Shown: one piece after another, positions 20,473 to 29,119 of the stretch
How positions within the stretch are numbered: the first letter of the stretch is position 1
How the letters are laid out: each line of letters starts with the position of its first letter
NCBI GenBank assembly: GCA_964464305.1
Contig: CAYXFW010000002.1
Coordinates: 1 to 29,119, forward strand
Length of the DNA stretch: 29,119 nt
Direction of reading: 5' to 3'
Source of the DNA: an uncultured Verrucomicrobiota bacterium
GTDB taxonomy: Bacteria; Verrucomicrobiota; Kiritimatiellia; PWTM01
The notes under the pieces: model-generated
The model's input: only the letters and a program-made list of their open reading frames with translations
Told to the model about the DNA's origin: nothing
Database searches by the model: none
Program-made: the position numbers and the translations under genes

Positions 20473-21872
20473 GGCTTGAACGGTCCCTTCACGTAGAACA
20501 GGTCCGCGCGAACCCGGCTCGCATCGGGCACGCGGGCGAGCGAGTAGACGCTGCCGTCCCTGCCGACGGCGATGGAATTGACGTAGAGCGGGCGGCTCCC
20601 GTCGGGATAGAAGATCGCCCCCTGGTCGCGGCAGCGGCCGGTCGGAATGTGGTAGGTGACCAGGTGCAGATCCTCGAGGCCCTTGGCCGCGCCCATGGCG
20701 ATGCGGTCCTTGCCCTTGAGGCGCCGGCCGTTCTCGTAGATCGGCCCGCCGGTCAGGTAGTGGATCATGTCGCCGTCGGGGCCGAGCGCGAACCCGAGGT
20801 AGCCGTAGCTGAACTGGTCGAACATGCCGCTGCGCTTGGAGACGTCGGAGGTGATGCGGTCCAGCACCTCGATCCGCCGGGCGCGGGGATCGAAACGGAA
20901 CAGGTAGCCGGAGTTCCCGTGCACGCCGTAGATCCTCCCGTCCGCGGGACGGAAGAACGTCTGCCGCCAGTTGTAGCCCATGTGGCCGGGCGACGTCGGT
21001 TCGTACTGGCCGAAGTAGTCTTTCCGCAGATCTTCCTCCGCGATCTTCTCGAGGCTGTCCGTGTCGGCGCGGTAGCGGAGGATGTCCCCCTCGGAGGTGC
21101 TGAAATACGCGGAGCCGTCCGTCGGATCCACCACGATGGACCGGCAGATGGTGCGGTAGGCTGCGCCCTTGGCGTTCTCGCCTTCGGCGCATTGTTTGCC
21201 GAAGTTCTTCATGCTTCGCGTGGCCAGGTCGAACCGGAGGAACGAGCCGGTCGGCCAGGTCAGGTAGAAGATGCGTCCGCGCTTCGCATCCATGGCCATG
21301 CTCAGCACGCCCTCGCCGCCGGGCGCGGTGGCGAGGTTCTCGAAGACGCCGGTCTTGAGGTCGTAGGCCAGCAGGTGGCCGCCCGGGTAGGGCTTCCAGC
21401 CGGCGGGCGGGATGCCCATCGTCTCCATGCCGTCGACGATGCTGTAGAATCCGGTGTGCGAGGAGAAGTAGAGCTTGCCGCCGGCCTCCGTGAAATTCAC
21501 GTGGCTCTTGCCCTGGGCGACGGTCTTCGCGTCCTTCTCGCCGCAGATCTCCGTGAGGTCGCCGAGGCGGAGGACGCGTTCCGCCTTCGGATCGTAGGCG
21601 AACATCCGCCCGCCGAGATCGTACGGCTCGGTGCTGAGCACGTAGTAGATGCGCCCGTCGCTGCCGGTCCCCATGCCGTTATACGTATCGTGGCCCTCGG
21701 GAAACCCCGAATCGACCCTGTGCGCAACCAGTTTGCGCGCGGGTTGAAACGGATCCGGCGCTTCTGCGGCGCCGGCCCCGCCCGGAAGGGCGGCAGCCGC
21801 GGCGAGCAGCAGGACGAGGCCGGAGGCGATCCCGTTCGTTGACGGGTGCGGATGGGGGGGGCGCATTCTCAT
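20469..21872 (-). CDS. Secreted hypothetical protein, probable beta-propeller
   Basis: Hydrophobic signal (GLVLLLAAAAALPG); recurring beta-strand blades (DGRIYY, GKLYFSS, RIFYLTW, SAYFSTS, DGRIYGV, DMIHYLT, DGSVYSL); ATGA coupling to the upstream gene. Confidence 0.7.
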
Positions 21873-23071
21873 ATTCTCGTTCCTTCGTTAGCTCGAACCG
21901 GCTGCATCAGGACTGCGTCGAGGAATCGGTACGCGACCGACCGCATCTCGCCGGAGAACTCGTGCGGACCGTCGGGGTGCTCGACCCGCAGGCGCCCAAG
22001 CGTGCCGTAGAGACGATAGACCTGGGACGCCGCGGCGGCAATGCGGTCCACACTCTGCCACTTGAAGTTGTCGTCCTTCCGCGGCGCGCTGAGGAAGACA
22101 TGCCGCGGGGCCAGCGCGCCGATCAACTCGTGGAAGTCGAACGGAATGTCCTCCAGCCGGCCGGCGTAGTCCAGCAGGCGCGGCATGTAGCGAAGCTGGC
22201 ACCATCCCTTCTCCACCGCCCATGCGGCCGGGCTGCCGTCCATGTAGTCGAGATACGAGTCCAGCCCGCAACTGGAGACGATAGCCGCGATACGCTCGTC
22301 CAGAACCGCGGTGTACACCGCGTTGTGGCCGCCCAAGGAGTGTCCGATGACGCCAAACCCGCCGCACTTCACGAACGGCAGCGATTCGAGAACGTCCAGC
22401 GCGCGCATGTTGTCCCAGATGGCCTTCATCGTGCCGCTGACGTACCCCAACTGCTTCAGGTCGGGCCGGTATCCTGCCAGCAGCGGATAGCCGGGCGCAA
22501 GGGTCACGTAGCCTCGATCAGCAAGCTCGCCGGCATACTGGCGCCCGGGGGCTCCGCCCAGGCCCACGACCACGCCGCACCCGATCCGGTCGTCCGTCGG
22601 ATGCAGGCAGAGGACGGCGGGGCAGATGGCCTTCCCGGCCAGTGCCGTCTTCGGGATGCAGAGATAGGCCGGCACGCGACCGCCCGGCTCGGCCTGGTAG
22701 GTGATCGAACGGCGCACGTAGCTGCCGCAGTCGGCTTCGTCGTCCACCTTCACATCGACCGGGCAGCGTTTGTCCGGTCCGGGCAGCGGCCCCATCACGG
22801 CCAGCATGCCCCGCACGATCTCGTCGCGACGCTTCTGCCAGTCCGCCGGCGTCCGTACGGGGCGCACGGCGTTCGCGTCATCGTGCCAGACCATGAGGTT
22901 GTCCCGCGGCAGGCGGGCGGGCGGCACGGCGGTCGCAGCGGCGGAACCGGCGGCATCCGCCGGTTCCGCGCAAGCGACACAGACCGCCAGACTGGCGGCG
23001 AGGCGCGCTGCGACTCTCCCGGCCGGACCGGCCGCGAAATCATACGCCCGATGCGGTCCTTTCGCTTCCAT
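21869..23071 (-). CDS. Secreted alpha/beta hydrolase (dienelactone hydrolase / acetyl esterase-like)
   Basis: VPAYLCIP, AVLCLHPT, MKAIWDNMRALDVL, GVIGHSLGGHN (GxSxG nucleophile), ALAPRHVFLSAP, HEF. ATG 23071 with AGGA RBS. Confidence 0.85.
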   Translation of the reverse strand: MEAKGPHRAYDFAAGPAGRVAARLAASLAVCVACAEPADAAGSAAATAVPPARLPRDNLMVWHDDANAVRPVRTPADWQKRRDEIVRGMLAVMGPLPGPDKRCPVDVKVDDEADCGSYVRRSITYQAEPGGRVPAYLCIPKTALAGKAICPAVLCLHPTDDRIGCGVVVGLGGAPGRQYAGELADRGYVTLAPGYPLLAGYRPDLKQLGYVSGTMKAIWDNMRALDVLESLPFVKCGGFGVIGHSLGGHNAVYTAVLDERIAAIVSSCGLDSYLDYMDGSPAAWAVEKGWCQLRYMPRLLDYAGRLEDIPFDFHELIGALAPRHVFLSAPRKDDNFKWQSVDRIAAAASQVYRLYGTLGRLRVEHPDGPHEFSGEMRSVAYRFLDAVLMQPVRANEGTRI

Positions 23072-23118
23072 GGTTCCTGTCCCCCGCAGCGGGCGGAGCA
23101 CACCCGAATGGAACGGCT

Positions 23119-24456
23119 CTACGTTGCGGCAAGCTGGTCCCGGTGTGTCCAAACCTTCTCGAAGGCGGTTGCGTACTGATCGGTCACGTCCTGCGCCTCG
23201 CCGTAGAACAGGGGCAGGAAGATGTGGTTCGCGTTGAGGTGTTCGCAGCCGGGCATGCTCGCCGGGATCTTCGGCGCATGATGCCACCACTTCGCCTCGG
23301 CATAGATCTTCAGCGTGTGCTGCTGCGGGTAGTCCCAGTAGCTGGCCTTGACCCCCTCGGCCGCCAGGGCCTTCACCAACGCATCCCGCGTGATGCCGGA
23401 CTTCTTGAAGTCCAGCAGGAGCATGTTGGCATGGTAGTAGACCCGCTGCTGGTCGGGACGGCAGCGCGGCTCGACGATGCCGGACAGTTGCGTCAGCCGG
23501 TCGTTCAGCAAGCGGACATTCCGCGCGGCGATCGCGTTCATCTCGTCCAGGCCCTTCAACTGCATCCGCGCCACGGCCGCGGCGAAGGGGTGCATGCGGT
23601 ACTTCTGGCCAAAGCCGGTGCCCTCGTAGGCCCGCACCGGGCTGTCCTTCGGAAACGAGGCCGGTGCCTCGTAGTGGCCGAAGGCGGAGGCGCGCTCGTA
23701 GTACTCGCGCGTCCGGTACATGCCCATGCCGCCCTCGACGGCGGGCATCACCTTCGAGGCCTGGAAGCTGAAGATGGCCATCTCGCCCCACGTGCCCATC
23801 TTCCGGCCCTGCATCGAGGCGCCGTGGGCGTGGGCGCAATCCTCCAGCGCGACCAGACCCTTCTCCTTCGCCCAGGCGCAGATGCGGTCCATCTCGCACG
23901 GCAGCCCCCAGGCGTGCATCCCCTCCACCGCCCGCGTCTGCGGGGTGAGCTTGCGCTTCGCGTCCTCGAGATCGAGACAGCCGGTCTTCGGATCGACGTC
24001 CACGAAGACCGGCACGAGGTTCGCGAACCGCATGGCGAGGCACGCGGAAAAGAACGTATAGGTCGGCACGAGGACCTCGCTGCCCGGGGGCAGATCGAGC
24101 GAAAGCGCGAAGTACATGCTCGTCAGGGCGCTGGACCCGTTCATGTGCGCCTTCACGAAGGGCGCCTGGGTGTAGTCCTGCCATTCCTTCTCGAAGAGCG
24201 AAAGCTCCTCGTAGAACTTGTTCGAATCGAGAAGCTCGTGCAGACGGTTCTTCTCGGCCGCCCCGTAGCGGGGCCACCGGGTCAGCGCGGCGATGCGCTG
24301 CGGGGCGATGGTCACCGTCTTCGCGCCACCCTCGGCGGCCAGCGTTTCCCGGGTGGCGATGCGGGCCGCCGTCAGGCCGGCTGCGGCGGCGGTGCCGGTC
24401 TTGAGAAAGCTCCGGCGGGTCCAGGACAAATCGGCGCGGATGGATTTCGTCTTCAT
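23119..24456 (-). CDS. DegT/DnrJ/EryC1/StrS family PLP aminotransferase with Tat signal
   Basis: WTRRSFLKTGTAAAAG twin-arginine leader; VFVDVDP, EDCAHAHGA, FSFQASKVMPAVEGGM (PLP Lys), KYRM. Confidence 0.9.
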   Translation of the reverse strand: MKTKSIRADLSWTRRSFLKTGTAAAAGLTAARIATRETLAAEGGAKTVTIAPQRIAALTRWPRYGAAEKNRLHELLDSNKFYEELSLFEKEWQDYTQAPFVKAHMNGSSALTSMYFALSLDLPPGSEVLVPTYTFFSACLAMRFANLVPVFVDVDPKTGCLDLEDAKRKLTPQTRAVEGMHAWGLPCEMDRICAWAKEKGLVALEDCAHAHGASMQGRKMGTWGEMAIFSFQASKVMPAVEGGMGMYRTREYYERASAFGHYEAPASFPKDSPVRAYEGTGFGQKYRMHPFAAAVARMQLKGLDEMNAIAARNVRLLNDRLTQLSGIVEPRCRPDQQRVYYHANMLLLDFKKSGITRDALVKALAAEGVKASYWDYPQQHTLKIYAEAKWWHHAPKIPASMPGCEHLNANHIFLPLFYGEAQDVTDQYATAFEKVWTHRDQLAAT

Positions 24457-24521
24457 ATCTACACTCTCCCCTCGGGATCGACAGTCATCCCGCCCTTCTA
24501 CGCCGGCCCGCGGGGGCGGGT

Positions 24522-24563
24522 GTCGCAGGAGTGACGGGATGCGTCGCAGCTATGACGGATGCC
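24522..24563 (-). promoter_or_regulatory. 21-bp-spaced direct repeat, candidate AraC-family operator for the downstream aminotransferase operon
   Basis: GTCGCAGgagTGACGGGATGC (24522-24542) then GTCGCAGctaTGACGGATGCC (24543-24563) on the plus strand. Confidence 0.5.
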
Positions 24564-25434
24564 CCTCGTGGCCGAGCGCCGCCCGGTAGCGTTCCGGCGT
24601 GGTGCCCGTGACCTTCCGGAAGACGCGGTGAAACTGCGAGCGTGTCCCGAAGCCGACCTCGTCACCGATCTGCAGCACCGTCCGATCGGAATGCGCAAGA
24701 AGGCGGCAGGCGCAATGAACCCGCTCGTGAGAGAGCCACTGGCACGGGCTCATGCCCGTCGCGCGCCGGAACAGGACGCCGAGCTGCGTACCGCTGTACC
24801 CGCTGCGCCGGACCATCTCGGCCAGCGTCCACCGGTCGGTCAGACCGGCATGCACGAGCTCCGACATGCTTTCCACGACCCGGTGCGCGGCCCGGTCCTG
24901 AGGCACGGCGGGGCCGGCGCTGCGTTCGCGCTCGCCGCGCGCCAGCTCGAGGAGGAGCTGGGCCAGCAGCGCCGCGCACATGGACCGCTTGTCGGGCTGG
25001 TGGCCGAACGATTCCTTCTGAATCCGGTCGAGCAGGTACTCCAGCGCCGTCCGGCGCCACGGCGCCACGCTCGTCCGCGCGGGAATCCGAACACCGGCGA
25101 CCTCCAGACGCACCCGCGGGCCGCACCGCACGGCCAGCCCGGTCTCCCGCAGCATCGAGCGACGGAAGATCGTCACGAACCGCTCGCCCCGCCACCCCAG
25201 GCATGCGTGCGGATCCAGCGGCCCGATGACGAGGACATCCCCCGCGTCGAGCTTCAGGTCTCCGGTCCCCAGCCTGTACTTTGCCCCGCCGCTGGCGATG
25301 TAGCAGATCTCCCAGTCCTCGTCGGTATGCACATGCAGCCGCCCCGGTGCGCCCACCTGCCGGGAATAGGAGATGACCGGAACATCGGCATCCGGATACA
25401 TCACGGGTACCGGGGTTGCGGCCGGGCGGGTCAT
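24550..25434 (-). CDS. AraC family transcriptional regulator with N-terminal cupin
   Basis: LHVHTDEDWEICYIASG...GDVLVIGPLDPH cupin; C-terminal WTLAEMVRRSGYS...LFRRATGMSP and TVLQIGDEVGFGTRSQFHRVFRKVTGTTP double HTH. Confidence 0.93.
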   Translation of the reverse strand: MTRPAATPVPVMYPDADVPVISYSRQVGAPGRLHVHTDEDWEICYIASGGAKYRLGTGDLKLDAGDVLVIGPLDPHACLGWRGERFVTIFRRSMLRETGLAVRCGPRVRLEVAGVRIPARTSVAPWRRTALEYLLDRIQKESFGHQPDKRSMCAALLAQLLLELARGERERSAGPAVPQDRAAHRVVESMSELVHAGLTDRWTLAEMVRRSGYSGTQLGVLFRRATGMSPCQWLSHERVHCACRLLAHSDRTVLQIGDEVGFGTRSQFHRVFRKVTGTTPERYRAALGHEGHPS

Positions 25435-25447
25435 GCCGGGGCTCCCG

Positions 25448-26824
25448 TCAGGCGCCCTTCACCAGCGCGGCGCCGTGCGCCTGGATCTTCCGGACGGCGC
25501 CGACGATGTGGTCGAGGGCCGGGCGGTCGGCGAGCAGCATGTTCTGTGTCAGCGCCACCGTCGTGGCGCAGGCCTGCCGGTTGCCCTTCAGGTCCTGCAG
25601 GCTGTCCCGATAGGCCTTCAGCCGGGCGGCGCCGAAGAGACGCTGGAACCCGCGGGAGGCGATCGCCTCGTCGAGCAGGCCGTCGAAGTACTGCTCGCGG
25701 TAGACGCTGGAGCAGGGAACGCCCTCGGCGGACAGGGCCTCGAGGAACCGGTCGCGCGGCAGCCCGCCGAATTCCTTCGCGTCGTACGCGAACGGATAGA
25801 GGTGCCAGGCCGACTGGCTGCCCTCGGGCATGCGGACCGGCCGGATGCCGGGGATTTGTCCCAGGGCGGCGGACAGATAGGCAGCGTTCTCCCGGCGGCG
25901 GGCCGTGTCGCTCGTGAGCTTCTCGATCTGCTGGAGGAGGAGGACCGCCTGGAACTGCTGCATCCGGTAGTTGTTCCCCCGGGTGAAGCTGCCGGTGCCC
26001 TTGTTCGTTCCGACGGCGCGGCCGCAGTTGTGGAAGGAAATGCAGCGGTCGATGAGTTCGTCGCTGTTCCCGGTGACCGCCCCGCCTTCGCCCGCGGGCA
26101 GGTTCTTGGATTCCTGGAAGCTGAAGCATCCGAGGTCGCCGATCGTGCCGCACTTGCGTCCCTTGTACTCGGCGAGCCACGCCTGGCAGGCGTCCTCGAC
26201 GACGGCCAGCTTGCGCCGGGCCGCGATCGCGAGGATCGGATCCATATCGCACGGCAGGCCGAAGATGTGCACGGGCAGGATGGCGCGGGTTCGGTCCGTG
26301 ATCCGGCTTTCGATCGACGCGGGGTCGAGCGTCAGCGTGGCCGGGTCGGTGTCGGCGAACACGGGCAGCGCGTGGGCGTTGAGGACCGCGTTGTAGGTGG
26401 CGATGAACGTGTACGGCGAGACAATGACCTCGTCCCCCGCATCGACATCCATGACGTGCAGGGCGACCATCAGCGCCGTCGTGCCGCTCGCGGTGGCCAG
26501 GCAGCGCCGGGCGCCCAGGAGCTTCGCGTAGGCCGTTTCGAACTCGGCGACATGTCCGCCGGCGCCGCGGAACCACTTGCGGCTGCGGAGCACTTCGAGC
26601 ATCTGCGGCTCCCACGCCTCGCGCCATTCGGGCCACGCAAGCCAGCCGCCGGTGTGGACGGGCGAACCTCCGAGCAGGGCCGGCTTGTCCGACGCGGCCC
26701 GGACGAGCGAAGGAACCGCCCCCACCCCCGCAACGGCGGCCACCCTCCCCAGGGCGCCCGACAACCCCGCCCCTCCTGCGGCTGCGGTGTGAAGGAAACG
26801 GCGGCGATTCATCGATGCGCTCAT
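25448..26824 (-). CDS. DegT/DnrJ/EryC1/StrS family PLP aminotransferase with Tat signal
   Basis: MSASMNRRRFLHTAAAGG twin-arginine leader; SGTTAL, PVHIFG, VEDACQAW, FSFQESKNLPAGEGG, NYRM. ATG 26824 with GGAGG RBS. Confidence 0.92.
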   Translation of the reverse strand: MSASMNRRRFLHTAAAGGAGLSGALGRVAAVAGVGAVPSLVRAASDKPALLGGSPVHTGGWLAWPEWREAWEPQMLEVLRSRKWFRGAGGHVAEFETAYAKLLGARRCLATASGTTALMVALHVMDVDAGDEVIVSPYTFIATYNAVLNAHALPVFADTDPATLTLDPASIESRITDRTRAILPVHIFGLPCDMDPILAIAARRKLAVVEDACQAWLAEYKGRKCGTIGDLGCFSFQESKNLPAGEGGAVTGNSDELIDRCISFHNCGRAVGTNKGTGSFTRGNNYRMQQFQAVLLLQQIEKLTSDTARRRENAAYLSAALGQIPGIRPVRMPEGSQSAWHLYPFAYDAKEFGGLPRDRFLEALSAEGVPCSSVYREQYFDGLLDEAIASRGFQRLFGAARLKAYRDSLQDLKGNRQACATTVALTQNMLLADRPALDHIVGAVRKIQAHGAALVKGA

Positions 26825-26919
26825 GGCACCCTCCCGGAACCGGCCCTTGGACGGCGAAACGTCCCGGGGCGGGACACGGCACACGCCGGCAGGACCCCGG
26901 ACCGCGCATCCACCCCCGC

Positions 26920-26948
26920 AGTCTAGGACCTGCTCCCGTACGGAGCAA
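26920..26948 (-). promoter_or_regulatory. Putative promoter with overlapping palindrome upstream of the aminotransferase/AraC genes
   Basis: Minus strand TTGCTC, 17 nt, TAGACT; palindrome TGCTCC-N5-GGAGCA (26931-26947) overlaps the -35 and spacer. Confidence 0.4.
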
Positions 26949-27054
26949 CCCCGAAGACGCGCCCGAACTCAGGCCGGAGGGCGCCGACATGACGACAAGG
27001 AGGTCCTTTCCCCTGTTCCCCGGCGCCTTCCCCCCGATTTGACGGCATGGCCCG

Positions 27055-29119
27055 CTATGGCCGTGCCCCGTGCAATCCCGCACCTCGCGCGGGTGACGGC
27101 TGGACGATGGGCTCTGTCTCGACCTTGACCCCGCCACCTTCGCGGGGAAAGAACCAGAGCTCGTATTCGATCTCCGATGGGGCGTGGAATCCGGCGACCC
27201 CGCCGACAAAGTGCCAACCCTGCTCGATAAAGACCTCCAATGTCTTGATCTGCCCGGCCGGCACCCACCCGCTCATCGGGCGATCACCGTACAGGTCATG
27301 GACATTACCCTTGAAGTCTCCTATCCACTCTCCATCCCATCGCCCACCCTTGAATACCCAGTTTCGAGCCTGATACATGGTCTGGTCACCGCCGGTCTGG
27401 GGAAAGAATCTCTGTCCAGTGGTGGCATCGAACAGAGAAGCATAGGGGCTCGAGGACTTTCGCCTGAGGTAATACGCGAGAGCACCGGGGCCGCGAACCG
27501 TGACGGTGCCCTGCTTGATCTTCACGTGCTTTGTGACCTCGGCGAGGGCATGCTGTGGGGGCGATTTCGTGTCTTCGCCATTCAGGTAATAGGGGCCTTC
27601 CGGGGTGCTCCCGCTGAGTCGGAACCAGTGCTTGTCGAAGCGGTGCGATCCGTTCATGACCATGAATCCGCCGCCGGACGTGCTCCACTGATCCGCCTTC
27701 GGGCAGATGGAGCCGTGGGGGCCCGCGTGCTGGGTCTTCCACCCCGCGTTGTCGTATTCACAGCCCAGGTCGGTGAGGCCGCTGAAAGCGTCCTGATCCG
27801 TTTTCCTGAATTTGCCGATGCGGGCGCGGCAGACGCTGTCGTCGGCGGTGCGCCACTCAATTTCGCACAGGCGGGAGGATTGGCGGGTGAAAGCCACGCT
27901 GGCGGGGACGATGGTTTTATTGTGCAGAGGCAGGGGTCCGGAGTAATGCACGGTGCCGTGCGGCATCCGGCCTTCGGCATCGGCCCAACTGAAGTGGAAG
28001 ACCTTGAAGAGCAGTTCATTCTTCCCCCGGGGGGCATAGACGAGAAACCCCGTGTTATAGCCGTCGACCTGCGCGCCGGTATAGAGGATGTAATGATCCA
28101 CCGGGCCGATGGAACCGCCGTTGAACGTGAAGGGTTTCGACCATTTGCCATCGCCTCCTACCCAGTAGCTGCTGAGGATTTCCAGGTTGTCGGGGGCGCC
28201 TTGGGCCTCGAACCGGTTGCGCTCGCGTCCGAGGGTGCCGATGCCGGCCTCGCCGACGGTCAAGGGGCGCGTGACTTTCACTTCGTCGAAGTTGCTGCCC
28301 CGGCGCAGGCCGAGCTTGATTTCGTATTGGCCGTCGTCGGGGAAGGTGTGCCGGACGCCTTGTTTCCCGCTGCCGACGTATCCGCCGGCGACGTACCAGC
28401 GGTATTCCGTGATATCCGCCGTGTCGTTTGTCAGCTGGGCTTCAAAGCCCACCGTGGAGCCGATGGGGTAAACGTTGGTTTCTGGACGGAACCCGATCCT
28501 TGCTTCCATGTCGGGCGGGTATTCAACGGATATGTTCTTGATGATCGCATCGTTTTCCTTGGGGTCGCTGGACTCCATGACGAGTTGCACGTAATGCGGC
28601 CCGGGCGTCGTGAAGGCGTGGTTGAAGGTCGCGCCCGACCCGGCTTCCCGGCCGTCGACATGCCATTTGAAGACGTACGTATTGTTCGGGTTCTTTTGTT
28701 CGACGTCTTCGATGAACGTGATTTCATTGCCAAGGGGATAGGCCGGCTTGTCCGGCTCCGCTTTGATTCCGATGGATGCATAGGGGTGGGGGTTCAAGGC
28801 CACGTTCACCACGCCGCCTTTGGCGAGCGGCGCATGCGCGGCCGGGGCCTGGGAAATCACTGTGTCGGGCTTGGACCCGGGGTCGTTAGCGGCCGCCTGC
28901 GCTGCGTTCAGGGTCAGACCGAGGGGGGTTAGGATCCCGAGGGCTTCTGTTTTCGTCTTGCCGATCAGGTCGGGCACGATGACTTCTTCAGAGACTTGGA
29001 CCGAAATGACGTCCGTATGCTTACCCCAGGTGGCGCGAACGGTGGTGGTTCCGGCGGCGACGGCTTGCACGATTCCGTCCTGGCTCACTCGGGCGACATT
29101 CTCGTCGTCCGATTCCCAA
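27055..29119 (-). CDS. Large surface/secreted protein with Big_2 (Ig-like), PASTA and two PKD-like domains; 5' end beyond right edge
   Basis: Frame is open to the edge: WESDDENVARVSQDGIVQAVAAGTTTVRATW (Big_2), VIVPDLIGKTKTEA...TVISQAP (PASTA), FKWHVDG...FNHAFTTPGPHYVQL and YRWYVAG...RHTFPDDGQYEIKL (PKD), then an unrecognised C-terminal region. Confidence 0.8.
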   Translation of the reverse strand, partial: WESDDENVARVSQDGIVQAVAAGTTTVRATWGKHTDVISVQVSEEVIVPDLIGKTKTEALGILTPLGLTLNAAQAAANDPGSKPDTVISQAPAAHAPLAKGGVVNVALNPHPYASIGIKAEPDKPAYPLGNEITFIEDVEQKNPNNTYVFKWHVDGREAGSGATFNHAFTTPGPHYVQLVMESSDPKENDAIIKNISVEYPPDMEARIGFRPETNVYPIGSTVGFEAQLTNDTADITEYRWYVAGGYVGSGKQGVRHTFPDDGQYEIKLGLRRGSNFDEVKVTRPLTVGEAGIGTLGRERNRFEAQGAPDNLEILSSYWVGGDGKWSKPFTFNGGSIGPVDHYILYTGAQVDGYNTGFLVYAPRGKNELLFKVFHFSWADAEGRMPHGTVHYSGPLPLHNKTIVPASVAFTRQSSRLCEIEWRTADDSVCRARIGKFRKTDQDAFSGLTDLGCEYDNAGWKTQHAGPHGSICPKADQWSTSGGGFMVMNGSHRFDKHWFRLSGSTPEGPYYLNGEDTKSPPQHALAEVTKHVKIKQGTVTVRGPGALAYYLRRKSSSPYASLFDATTGQRFFPQTGGDQTMYQARNWVFKGGRWDGEWIGDFKGNVHDLYGDRPMSGWVPAGQIKTLEVFIEQGWHFVGGVAGFHAPSEIEYELWFFPREGGGVKVETEPIVQPSPARGAGLHGARP

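Overview
High-GC bacterial window; the gene families suggest a PVC-type organism such as Kiritimatiellae/Lentisphaerae (inference only). Left 15.7 kb: a HydE-type radical SAM gene cut by the left edge, then a compact sulfur-assimilation island. It holds sirC-like, cysH (APS-reductase type), a ferredoxin-type sulfite reductase, a TPR-GltD-ferredoxin flavoprotein, cobA, cysD, cysN(C), DUF2061, a cysteine-free Rrf2 (CymR-like) regulator, a four-helix-bundle gene flanked by inverted heptamer arrays, metY, a metB-family gene and cysK. 15.7-16.6 kb: a patchwork junction with an empty repeat hairpin, an orphan membrane gene with cassette-like borders and a PIN remnant. Right 12.5 kb (minus strand): an AraC gene, two Tat-signal DegT aminotransferases and four secreted hydrolase-like genes, the last fused in frame to a domain resembling the eukaryotic SARA/endofin C-terminal domain. 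A Big_2/PASTA/PKD surface protein is cut by the right edge. No rRNA, tRNA, CRISPR array, transposase or integrase was recognised. All homology calls are from motif recognition, not database searches.
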